This document shows, in pieces, positions 27,547 through 41,092 of a stretch of 64,000 nt of DNA (position 1 is its first letter; each line of letters opens with the position of its first letter). The translations under genes were made by a program, and so were the position numbers. Where the stretch lies: positions 332,010,001-332,074,000 of the forward strand of contig OZ024741.1 in the NCBI GenBank assembly GCA_964016885.1, in the 5' to 3' direction. A model generated the notes under the pieces. It did no database searches. It saw only the letters and a program-made list of their open reading frames with translations, and was not told the origin of the DNA. The stretch is from Eledone cirrhosa (lineage: Eukaryota).

Positions 27547-28944
27547 GAACTCTCTTAACAGACAAGGACTAGGAAGAAGTGGAGGAAGAAAGGGTGAAAA
27601 AGATGATGACAATGATTACAATGATGATGATGATAACAAGGAGGATGGCAATGAGAATGACAATGATGAAGATGATGACAACGATGAGGAAAATGATGAT
27701 AATGATGATAATAACAGATGATGATGATGGTGATGGTGATGAAGATGGCGATGGTGATGGTGGTGGTGATGGTGATGAAGATGATGATGGTGGTGGTGAT
27801 GGTGATGAAGATGATGATGACAACAATGACGAAGATTTTAATAATAATGATAATAATTGTTTCTGCTTTTGGCACAAGGCCAGCAATCACCCAGTACATT
27901 ACTGGTACTTTATTTTATCGACCCCGTAAGGATGAAAGGTAGAGTGAACCTCGGTGGGATTTGAACTCAGAATGGCAAGGGCCGTAACTCTATGCGTCAA
28001 AGCATGGTGTCTGACCCTCTACCAATACTGCCAATCCACCGAATGATAATGATGATAATAAGAGATGATGATGATAAATTAATGGTAATAAAAGATGATG
28101 ATGATTATGATAAAAATGATGCTTATAGCATATAATGTGAATGATGATAAAATGATGCTAATAGCAAATGATGATGATGATGATGATAAAATGTGGAAGT
28201 TTGGGGATTGGGTTGGATTGAAATTGTCTTTTCTGTTAGGGAATGAAAGTGTCATCACAAGATGTCTACAACTCACACACCTATCAACACTCCCCAATGC
28301 CACTCACCATACCTCCACCTCTAGCAACACTCCCTACCACCACCTCAACCCTATCAATACTCACCATCCATCACCACCTCAACCATACCCCTATCAACCC
28401 CAACCAGCTCTGTGTTTAAGCTACTCTCTCCATTACCATCCATTAATACAAACATCATCATCACCACCATATCATACTAGCTTGTAACATACCTACCTAT
28501 TAAAATGTGTATGTTTATATATGCAGTGATTCAGTTTTAGTTAACCACTCTGTATATATATAATATATATACACATATAACTTTAGAGGCACATGGCTTA
28601 GTGGTTAGAGCAATCGAAAGGTTGTGAGTTCAATTCTCAGACCAGGTGACGTGTTATTTCCTTGAGCAAGACACTTTATTTCACATTGCTCCAGTTTACT
28701 CAGCTGTAGAAATGAGATGATAGGGACAGGGATCCATATCATTCCACTGCAAAGTGGTCGTGAAGGTGCCACGGCAAAAAAGCACCCAGCACTCACTGTA
28801 AATGTGGTTGGTGTTAGGAAGGGCATCCAGCTGTAGAAATCAAGCCAGAATCAGTTCCCGTCCCACCCTTGCAAGCAGGGAAAAAGCGGACATAAAATGA
28901 AATGAACTTTATCATACACTTCTGCTGCTAGCACACTTCTTAAC

Positions 28945-28980
<36 letters not shown>

Positions 28981-29165
28981 TAACCCATGCTAGCGTGGAA
29001 AACGGACGTTAAACGAAGATGATGATGATGATATATATATATATATATATATATACTATTTTCATTAAAAGATATATATATATATACGGGGTAACAGATT
29101 ATTGTTATAGGTAGTCCACTTAAGTTTAGTCCAGTTATGTACTATGTCATTCTATTTACATTTTG

Positions 29166-29199
<34 letters not shown>

Positions 29200-29233
<34 letters not shown>

Positions 29234-29806
29234 TTTACGTCCGCTTTTCCCTGCTTGCAAGGGTGGGACGGGTCTTATTCAGCACAGTATCTCTCCACTC
29301 GTCACGGTCCTTCGTCATCTCCACCATGAGCTTCAGCGATCTGAGGTCTGCTCTCACCACCTCCGCCCATGTTTTTCGTGGTCTACCTCTCCTGCGTCTT
29401 CCTTCAACTTGCATTTCCTGGCACTTCTTCACCCATCGGTCATCCTCCATGCGCATCACATGTCCATACCACCTCAGTCTCCGCTCCCGTACACTACATT
29501 CTATCCCTCTCAGACACAGTTTCTCTCTCAACACATCCATACTGGCACATTGACATTGCACATCCAACGGAGCATGCTTGCCTCATTTCTCTCCAGCCAT
29601 CGCATATCCTCTGCAGTTACTGCCCATGTCTCACTACCATGCAGCATCGCACACCTCACACAGGCATCATATAACCGGCCTTTCGTACGCAGGGAGAAAC
29701 ACTTCTTCGTCAGCAGAGGAAGCAGCTCCCTAAACTTCTTCCAACCCGTCCTTATTCTAGATACTATGGCCTGGGAACACCCCCCTCCCATGCTAATCTG
29801 ATCTCC
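29200..29806 (-). mobile_element. RTE LINE 3' fragment
   Basis: RTKGRLYDACVRCAMLHGSETW...RRLRWYGHVMRM...GRPRKTW; (GAT)n tail. Confidence 0.9.
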
Positions 29807-29823
29807 TATATCTCCTAATCTGA

Positions 29824-29935
<112 letters not shown>

Positions 29936-30099
29936 AAGTAATTAAGATGGGGTTACTCACCATAATTGCTTTATTGCATAATATATATTTCCGTTATATA
30001 CACACATGTATATATGTACAAGGTTATTAATGAGTACAGAGAATTTAGTGTGCAGGTAAGAATCAACCAGGTATCAGTTCTCAGCTACCTCCTATATGT

Positions 30100-30800
30100 T
30101 ATATTCCCTCTCCAGGCCATAATAGAGGAATTAAAGATTAGTGTACAAGGGAACTCCTATACAGAGAGGGTCAAGCAGTCATAGCAGAAACTGTAGAAGA
30201 TCTAGAGCGAAGTTCTAGACAGGTAAACAAAATCTGGAATCAAAGGGTCTCAATGTAAACTCAGCAAAAACTAAAGTTTTAGTAAGCTGGAAAGAAGATA
30301 GGATTCTGGCACCATCAAGTAAATGGCCATGCTCAATATGTTATATCTAGTTTGGACAGGGGAGACACGAAAACCTTCATGGTATATCTAGTGTAGAGAG
30401 TGGTCATAAGAGAGATCCCACATGCTATACCTGTGGGGAATTCCATATAGTATATCTAGTGCGGAGAGTGAACACAGGAGAGATGTAGTGGGATTACAGA
30501 TAGACTGAGAAAGATGGTAGACTTCATATGTGGCAGGTGCATAGGAGTAGCCAACAGTAAGGCTATTCAGGAAAAGAACGCCCTCAAATGTTCAGAAGGC
30601 TCACTAGAAGTAGAAGTAGTAGATAGATTTTGCTATCAAGAGGAACTCATTAGCAGTGAGGATGGATGTACCAAAACTGTTGTAGCTAGAGTGAAAACAG
30701 GGCGAAAGAAGCTCAGATAGCTGTTTTCTTTGCTAGCAATAAAGGGCCTCTCTTTGAGTGAAAGGCTGATTATATGAGGCTTGTGCATGAACTGCAATGC
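30100..30800 (+). mobile_element. Highly decayed RTE LINE fragment
   Basis: Remnants such as 'KTKVLVS', 'KWPCSIC', 'FICGRC', 'VVARVKTG', interrupted by stops. Confidence 0.65.
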
Positions 30801-32671
30801 TACACACATACATATTCTTGACACAAATGAAAAGTCCTATGAACACTTTGTTTGGCATGTTCTATGGCTGGATACATTTGCTAATGCCACATATTTTACA
30901 GACTTAACTGGGTGCATTTTTTGTAGAGCCAGGTTCCTGTCATGAGGCTGAAGGGTCCTCTCAACACTTTTGGTATGGTTTCTACAGCTGCATGCCCTTC
31001 CTGAAACCAATCACCTTACAGAGTGTACTGATAGTATTTATTGTGTTGTAGATCACCAACACTAGGAAGGTTGTCATATCCTTGACATAACTAAGCTGGA
31101 TGCCCTTCTTAACACCAATCACCTTTCAGAATATACACCTCGCAGCATCAGCACTAAACATGTTTCTATATTGTGACTGAAGATTCCTCTCAACACTTTT
31201 TGGCATGGTTTCTAAAGCTGGATGCTTTTCCTAACTCTAATCACCATATAGAGTGTACTGGGTATATTTTTCAAGGCACCAACACTAGGCACGTTTCTAT
31301 GACATGTCTGAAGATTCCTCTCAAAACTTTTGGCAGAATCATTACACCTGAATGCCTTTTCTAACACCAAACACTCTACAATGGATACTGGGTGCATTTT
31401 ATTGAAGCACCAACACTAGAGAGGTTGACAGCCATTAATTCAACTACGCAGCGCCCACTCTAGAGTCGTCTCAAGGCAGAATAATTTAGACTTTTGTTTC
31501 TATTGATAAATACAAGTGATTCCATTTTGTTATCTATAATTACTCTTCCTTTTTAATGAAGCTTCTCACAATAAAGGAATAAAAACCAAACATTTTAATT
31601 AAGAACAACTGGAGGGATAGGGAACCTTTCAATGAAACCAATTAGATTTATTTATGGATACAGTGTAATAGTTTTTTGTCTTCATTTAAGATGACAATTT
31701 CTAGAAGTATTTATAACATTCCACATTTTTACATGCAATACTGCTTGCAGTGGATTATTTATTTATATTTTTAGCATTAAGATTTTATTTATATGGACTA
31801 TGCATGAGTGTGCGTGTGTGTATATATATATATATACGGATAGACAGACAAATAGATAACAAGTGAGTGAGAGCTAGATATACACACAAAAATACACACA
31901 TATATATTATATATGTGAATTGGCAGTATCGGTAGAGCATCAGACACCACGCTTTGCAGCATAGAGTTATGACCCTATATGTTCTGAGTTCAAATCCGAT
32001 TGAGGTTAACTTTGCCTTTCATCCTTATGGGGTTTGATAAAATAAAGCACCAGTAATATATAATTGTTTCTACTTTTGGCACAAAGCCAGCAATTATCTC
32101 AGTATATTACTGGTACTTTATTTTATCGATCCCGTAAGGATGAAAGGCAAAATGTGATGCAGTTTGGATTTGTCCCAGGTAAGAGTACCACAGATGTTCT
32201 CTTCCTTGTAAGACAACTGCAGGAGAAGTACCTGTGCATACTTAAATTTATGTATCAGCTGTGCTAGGACAAGAAATAAAATTCTAATTTTATTTTTATA
32301 TATTCATATATATATATATTAAAGCATAAGTGTGTTGGGGGGAGGATCTGCCAAGTTACTGTGTTGTTGAAGTTATGCTAGATACAGTAGTAAGCTTGAT
32401 TAGATGAAGGATTGAGTTAAATATTCCTCCACTTAAATATCCCTTGTCAGTTCTTAACATGGAGTTCCTGGCACTTCTTCACTCAACAATTATAATATGG
32501 AGTTCCTGGAACTTCTTCACTCAACAATTATAACACACAAAATATTTAGTCCTGTGCCCACACTATTTTTGCTTTCTATTAAAACTGCATTTGTGCATGT
32601 GTGTATACATACATACATATATACATATATGCATATATGTATTATTGTTGCTATATATATGTATATATATA

Positions 32672-32751
<80 letters not shown>

Positions 32752-32854
32752 TATACATACATATATATATATACTCCAGTCCCACAAACTGTAGAGTGCT
32801 TCTTATCCGATATCTGCATTGCTTTATTGTACTACAATAAAACTCACCTCCTAC

Positions 32855-32937
<83 letters not shown>

Positions 32938-32942
32938 GTATA

Positions 32943-33007
<65 letters not shown>

Positions 33008-33012
33008 GTATA

Positions 33013-33081
<69 letters not shown>

Positions 33082-33086
33082 GTATA

Positions 33087-33167
<81 letters not shown>

Positions 33168-33730
33168 TTCGATTGCAAGGCCAATGCTCTAACCACTAAG
33201 CCATGTGCCTCCACATATATATATATATATAAGATGGAGGCACATGGATTAGTGGTTAGAGCATTGGCCTTGCAATCGAAAGGTTGTAAGTTCAATTCTC
33301 AGACCGGGTGGTGTGTTGTTTCCTTGAGCAAGACACTTTATTTCATATTGCTCCAGTTTACTCAGCTGTAGAAATGAGATGATAGGACTGGGTCCCTATC
33401 ATTCCACTGCAAAGTGGTTGTGGAGGTGTCACGTCAAAAAAAAACCCAGCCCACACTGTAAAGTGGACGTGTAGGCACCATGGAAAAAAAGCGCCCAGCA
33501 CTCACTGTAAATGAGGTTGGTGTTAGGAAGGGCATCCAGCTGTAGAAATCAAGCCAGAATCAGTTCTCGTCCCACCCTTGCAAGCAGGGTAAAGCGGACG
33601 TAAAATGATGATGATGATGATATATATATATACATAAATCATCATCATCATTTTACGTCCGCTTTTCCCTGCTTGCAAGGGTGGGACGAGAACTGATTCT
33701 GGCTTGATTTCTACAGCTAGATGCCCTTCC

Positions 33731-33763
<33 letters not shown>

Positions 33764-33767
33764 TTAT

Positions 33768-33812
<45 letters not shown>

Positions 33813-33949
33813 ACGAAGAAATTGTGGTAAAGAACCAGATGGACCATAACGCACCAGAGTACTCAATACTTAGGGTAGTAGAATGGGAAATAGGAAAAAG
33901 TATGACCCCGACGGCAGAGCTCAAGCCGTTTCGACAGCTATTTCTGGAC

Positions 33950-34003
<54 letters not shown>

Positions 34004-34755
34004 TATACACACAGTGATGAATTTGTTTTGCAAGGTTTCTGATATGAAATCATGTCTTGAAACAAATATTGAGTGTGTTTTATTATATATTTCTAGAAAT
34101 ATTATAACAATATCACCCTCCCCAAATATAACAATATATATATGTATATATATATATATGTGTGTGTTGTGTGTATACACACACACAAGAGATTTTTTTG
34201 AAGGTATATATCTTATTACTATATTTTAAAGTGTCTGTATATATATATAATCATCATCATCATTTTACGTCATTTGTTCCATACTTGGACGGGTTCTTCT
34301 GAGGACAGCATCTCTCCACTTTACATGTTCTTTTGAGCATGTCCATGCCAACGCAGTCTCCTCGTTTGTACACTACTTCTTTTTCTTCCAATCTTTTTTT
34401 TCTAGCTTTACTCCTCATTATAAAGGACTAATGTACAATATGAAGAAATATTCCTTTACCTTTTCCAACAACCATTGAAACTAATAAGACTTTATGTAAT
34501 TTTATCTTTGGGTTTATCTTTTTAATCTTGAACTATACACAGACACTCACACAAATCATCATCATTTTACGTTTGCATTCCATGGTGGTATGGGCTGGAT
34601 GGAGTATCATGGTGCAAGAAAAGGCAGTGTTGGATAACTATATCTTGCTCATATGTCCCTTGGCATAGTTTCTGAAGTTGAATGTAATACGTAACAGCAA
34701 CCCCTCAACAGTATGTGCTACATGAATTTTATCCTGGCACCAGTACAACCACTTT

Positions 34756-34798
<43 letters not shown>

Positions 34799-34800
34799 CA

Positions 34801-36617
34801 CAGGTGTCATACCAAAAGATTGGTGCAGTAGCATCATTGTCAACTGATACAAAGGTAAAGGTGATGCACTAGATAGAAGAAACTATAGAGGTATAAAGCT
34901 GATGGACCAGGTCATGAAAGTAACAGAAAGAGTTATAGCACAGTTGATTAGGGACTGGGTGAAAATAGACGAGATGCAATTTGGGTTTGTACCAGGAAGA
35001 GGCACCACTGATGCCCTCTTCCTTGTGAGGCAGTTACAGGAAAAGTACCTAGCTAAAAGTAAGCCACTCTACTTGGCATTTGTCGACCTTGAGAAAGCCT
35101 TTGACAGAGTTCCATGTGCTGTAATCTGGTGGGCTCTTAGAAAACTAGGAGTAGATGAATGGCTTGTGAAAGCGGTACAAGCTATGTATAGGGGAGCAGT
35201 CAGCAAAGTTAGGATTAGCAATGAGTATAGTGAGGAATTTAGCATACAGGTTGGGGTCCTCCAGGGCTCTGTTCTTAGCCCCCTCCTGTTCATCATAGTC
35301 CTGCAGGCAATAACGGAGGAGTTTAAGACCGGATGCCCATGGGAACTCCTGTATGCTGATGACCTTGCACTTATAGCTGAATCTATGGTAGAACTAGAGA
35401 ATAAATTCCAAACTTGGAAGCAGGGACTAGAAAGAAAGGGTCTCAAAGTCAACATGACAAAGACTAAGGTCCTTGTAAGTAGACGAGAAAACAGAACCCA
35501 GATCCCCTCAGGGAAATGGCCTTGCTCAGTATGTAGGAAAGGTGTACGTAGGAACTCCATTCTCTGCCCCAAATGCAAACAATGGGTACACAAGAGATGT
35601 AGCGGGATCTCAGGAAGCTTAATTAAGAATGTAGGCTTCACATGCAACAGCTGTGCTGGGACAGCAAGCAGCAAACAGCCACAGGAAACAAGTACCACCA
35701 ATCTCTGGGAGGGCTCTGTAGAAACAGTAGACAGCTTCTGCTACCTAGGTGACCGAATTAGCAGCAGAGGTGGGTATTCAGAAAGTACAATAACTAGGGT
35801 AAGAACGGGATGGAAGAAGTTTAGGGAACTACTACCACTGCTAGCTGCAAAAGGCTTTTCCCTCAGAATGAAAGGCAGACTGTATGATGCGTGTATCCGA
35901 ACAGTGATGTTGCATGGTAGTGAGACCTGGGCGCTGAAAGTGGAAGACTTACGTAGATTAGAGAGAAACGAAGCCTACATGCTCCGATGGATGTGTAACA
36001 GTAATATACGTGAACGACAAAGCATAAATGAATTGAGAGAGTGACTGAGCATAAGAGGAATCAAATGCTGTGTGCAGGAGAGGCGGTTGCGCTGGTATGG
36101 ACATGTGATGCGTATGAAGGATGACAGCTGCATAAAAAGGTGCAGAGCACTAGAAGTCGATGGAAACCGCGGAGTGGGGAAACCCAAGAAGACCTGGGAT
36201 GAGGTGATAAAAGCCGACCTTACCCAATTATACCTCTCAAAGGCAATGACACACGACCGTGACCTCTGGCGTCACGCAGTAATACAGAGTACCCGACCTC
36301 CCATGGGTACAAGCTGAAGCATATAGACAATATGCCCCCACACTCCCACCGCAAAGTGGTCATGGAGGTGCCACGGCAAAAAAGCACCCAGCCCACACTG
36401 TAAAGTGGACGTGTAGGTGCCACAAAAAAGCACCCAGCACTCACTGTAAATGAGGTTGGTGTTAGGAAGGGCATCCAGCTGTAGAAAGCAAGCCAAATCA
36501 GTTCCTGTATGAGCAAGGCATGGTCAGCTGACCAGACACTACCCACAACAGGACAACCCGTCTAACCCATGCTAGCGTGGAAGAACGGACATAAAACGGT
36601 GATGATGATGATGATGA
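34801..36617 (+). mobile_element. 5'-truncated RTE-clade LINE (reverse transcriptase pseudogene with 3'-UTR)
   Basis: [54 protein letters not shown]; in-frame TGA stops near 34846 and 36042; (GAT)n tail. Confidence 0.95.
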
Positions 36618-37874
36618 CAGAGAAAGCGATAACCAAAAATGTGAACTCTTCTATATATATATATATGTAGTAAACCACATTCTTTGGTACCCTATTCTAA
36701 TTAATATACACCGTAACTCCATTATAAATGTTATTATATACTTCTGTAGCATGAAGAAGCCCAACAACCTTTGAGTGTACATGTGGTTGTGTGCATGGTT
36801 GTTTGAGTGTTTGTTTGTGTGTGGTTGTGTGTACGTGTGTGTACGTGTGTGTGTAAACCCGATGGAAACAGCAATATGGTTGTATGTAACTGTGTGAGAA
36901 GCTGTGTGTGTGGTTACGTGTGTAAAACCCAATGATAATAGCCAGCAATATAACATGATGAAATATCATTTCCCTGTTTTATTACTCTGCAAATGACTCA
37001 TATTACACATATGTGAATGTTTATCTTAATGTTAACTTAAGTCATTTATATATCATAACATACCACCGGCTGTTAGGTATGATGTTTTCTATAAGTGCAC
37101 AGATATGTGTCTGTGACTGTATGTATGCATATAAATATGTATGTATATATATATATATATCATCATCATGCACACACGCAAATCTATACATATATACACA
37201 CATGCATATATATACACATACACACATACATATATACATACATATGCACACACACACATATATATATGGCATACACACACATATATATATATATGTATAC
37301 AAAGAGGGTGTGGTAAGATACCAGGTGGACCATAATGCACCAGAGTACTTGATACTTGGGGTAGTAGAGTGGGTAACAGGAAAAGAGTCAGGACCCCAAC
37401 GGCTGAGCTCCGCTCGTTTTGACAGGTAGATCCAAACATATATCTGTGTATATATATAAATTACACAATAATCAAAACTATGTTCAAATCATTTTATTGC
37501 TGACAATCGTTTCTTCCAAACTTTCGTTTGGAATCCTCGGAACACTAGCAATGTTTGGACATATAATTAACTTCCTATTCAACTGAACAATCATATAGAT
37601 ACATGGATATTAATGTTGTCATTAACAGTTTCGTATTTACAGAGTGGAATGGATGTGACAGAGATTACAAGAGAATAGTATAATTAAAGCAGTATAGAGA
37701 GTGCAAATGTGTTAGGCATATACAGGACAGTTAGGTAGGAAACAAGCAATGGTACTAGGCATATATAATTACTGCATGGCAAAGGTATCACATAAAATAA
37801 CATAGGTTTACAAGCATATTAAGCAGGCAAAGTTGTTTGTGTATTAAAATTATGAGTTTATGGTGGATGTGTAT

Positions 37875-37934
<60 letters not shown>

Positions 37935-37964
37935 GGTGGATGTGTATATATATTTGGTAGTATG

Positions 37965-38580
37965 GAGAGAGCTAAGCTAAGCCAAGCTGAGCTAGACAGA
38001 GCTGTTTTCATCCAATCTGATCCAATGCTGGATCCACAATCAGATCCTGGATCAGATACGATACCTGATTTGGTCTGATCCGATAGGGTCCATTTCTGCA
38101 TCTCATCCCAGATCCCAAACCGATCCCAGATCACCGAGCTGATTCCAAATCTCCGACCCGAAACCCAAATTTCTGATCTGATCCTTGATTGGATTTGATG
38201 TTGGATCTGATCTGATCCAATCTATTTCCAGATTCAATCCAATCCCTGATCCCCAATTCATCATAGATTCCTGATCAAATCGTGGATCATCAATCTGATT
38301 CCCAATCCCTGATCCAATCTGAGATTGAATCCGATACCTGATTCGATCTGATACCTGAGCCAATGTGATCCTGGATTCAATCTGATCCTGGATCCAATCT
38401 GTTTCTGAATGCAGTCCAATCACTGACTCCCAATCCAATCCCAGATTCCTGATCCAATCCTGGATCTCTGATCTGATTCGATCCCAGAACCCTGAGCCAA
38501 GCTGAGCCAAGTTGGACAGAGCTAACTTGAGCTAATCCAAGCCTAGTTGGACTGAGTTAAGCTAGGCCAAACCAAGCCAA
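37965..38580. repeat. Degenerate pentanucleotide repeat block (GATCC/CTGAT-like core, GAGCT/AAGCT-like flanks)
   Basis: Roughly 5-nt periodicity of gatcc/ctgat/ccaat; both flanks contain 'gccaagctgagc...gacagagct'. Confidence 0.7.
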
Positions 38581-40463
38581 CTCTCCAACTCTTACCTAGG
38601 ATAAACTACTGACTTGAAGGGCTTTTGCATCGCCCATACTAGCTTATCCTCAAGAAGTTATGATATTACAATTATTTATAAGCAACACACCTTCTGCAGA
38701 AAACAAAAATGCTATACAATACATAGTTAACAGAGTCCTTGTGCATGTGGCTTCTTTGATGACTTCTAAGACCTGCCTTACTTAGACATAACCAGCTACA
38801 TTCTTTACAAGTTAAATTGACCAAGATACTCAAGCAAACTAACCAGAAGGCCCTTATTTACACACTGCTCGAGCTGTTTATGCTCAACACAGTTTCTTCC
38901 AAATTCTCGCCTCCTATCATGTACTGCCTTCCTCCAGACACACATCCATACATGTATACCTATATACATACATGCATATGTATACACATGCATACATATA
39001 AGCATGGACATATACATATGTATGTGTATATACACACAGATGTATGTAAATACATTGACAAATGGATATATAGACACCTATATAGATAAACACATATATA
39101 GATACACATATGCACACATACATGCTAACATATATACATTCAAACACACATGCATATATACATGCTTACATATATATATATACATACACACACACATACA
39201 TGCTAACACATATATCTACATAGATACACACTTAAATGATTACTTAGATAGACATATACATACATCTACATACATAGATAGATTGCATCGTAGGCCCCCT
39301 TCGGTCATGAATGACCATGGTTTTGCACCTGGAAATTTCCCCTCTAAGGCACAAGCCTGAGCAAGGGGTGTTTGTGGAAGACCAGCAGTTGCTCATGCAT
39401 ACCAACCTCTCCACACCACATGACAATGGCTGGTACAACTTGGTACCAGTGATGTTGCAACTCATTTCTACACCTGAGCAACATGAAATAAAGTGTCTTG
39501 TTCAAGAACACAATACACTCCCCAATCTGGGAATCGAACGCATAACCTCATGACTGAAAGCTTGATGCTCTAACCACTAAATAGATACACACATAAATAG
39601 ACACACACACACACCCATGACAGAAATGGATCTAGTCATGTAAACTAATGCAATCCTATTGATCTCTAACATAACTAAGTTAAAGATTCTATTTAAACAG
39701 CAACGACTGGAAGAATAAAACCAAGCTTGTTGCTACAATTATTTTATCTATATACAGAGCAGGGTTTAATGATTAATCATCAAAATAATTAACAATTGTA
39801 ATTAATAGTAAATAGCATTCTGATTTGATCATCACAATGTACAGTTTGGTTGGCTTGCTGGCTTGCTGTTTAAATTAACTCTTACTATATTGTAACAATG
39901 TACAGTTTGGTTGGCTTGCTGGCTTGCCATTTAAATCAGCTCTTAATATATTGTAACAATATGCTATAATGGGTTGGCAGAAAATGTTTTAAAATGGGTT
40001 AATCTAAATGTTTATAGTGTCTTTACAAGTAGACAGATTGTTGGGAAAATTTATAGTTTTAACTCTTAACATCCTGTAATGATATAACAGAAAATATCCA
40101 AAAATAGGTTTGTTAATTCAAATATTTATAGTAATTTTTACAAGTTGATAGATTGTTGGTAAAATTTGCAGTTTTATCTCTTAACATCCTGTAAGGATTT
40201 AGCACATTTGGTCCCAATATGAGTATCTGTTAATCACTATTTTTTTATAAGGGAAATAATATTATTTGTTGTTGTTGTTGTTGATGTTGTTATTATTATT
40301 ATTACTGCAGCATAGAGTTATGGCCCTTTACGTTTTGAGTTCAAATCCGCCGAGGTTAACTTTGCCTATCACCCTTACGGGGTTGATAAAATAAAGAACT
40401 AGTAATGCACTGGGGTAATTGCTGGCCTTGTGCCAAAAGTAGAAACATTATTATTATTATTAT

Positions 40464-41092
40464 CATCCAATGTCCAAGCATTGCTGACTTGTGGGTATAT
40501 GTCGAACACTTGCTGTCGCGCGTAGGACGGATCCAGCTATCAGCTGAGTTCATCGTGAGGATTGCCCCAACGCCTTCCTTTAGCCAGGAAGGGCAGGCAG
40601 TTTTTATCTGCCTGGTGGCCATGGTAGAAGAGATCGTATGGTGGACGCGTCTGAAAGGGTTGAAGGTGGGTACTTTCCTCTTCGGTAATGCCCTCATTAA
40701 CTTTTTCAGGTTTCACCTGAAGAGGAAAATCAGGGTGGAGAGGGAAGTGCTGCCTTCCAGCCAGTTTGTTAAAAGGTGGGTGAGAGAGGCAAGAATGGCC
40801 CGTGTGAATGGGTCTACCCTGAGAGTCTGCCTGTAGCATCGTAGGAGGAAAACTGGAAGAGGACACTTGCCCTAGCGGTCAGGGTAACTGTGGCTTTTTT
40901 TGTGGGCTTTCTCCATGAGCGACCCTCGGAAGTCTCCCCCCTATTAGGGAATTTTTCATTGTTTCTTTTTTGGTTACATCCTCTGTTTATGTTTTTTTGT
41001 TTTTTTTACATGCAGAAATGCCCATTTGTACTGTCCTGTATTGTCCTTAATGTTATACTTTGTGTCAACCCTCATGGTTAATAAAGAAAAGA
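40464..41092 (+). mobile_element. Tx1/L1-like non-LTR element 3' end inserted in (TTA)n
   Basis: Peptide QCPSIADLW...EIVWWTR...QFVKRW resembles the L1/Tx1 C-terminal Cys region; T-rich 3'-UTR, AATAAA near 41080; (TTA)n on both sides. Confidence 0.6.

Noticed and set aside
23898-27612. 1224-aa poly-Val and 1220-aa poly-Pro ORFs
   Set aside because: Stop-free by-products of the (GTG)n satellite; no domain, signal or splice evidence.
32497-33371. Many YI/IY-repeat ORFs (also near 20824, 42455, 49129, 53298)
   Set aside because: Translations of (TA)n/(TACA)n microsatellites.
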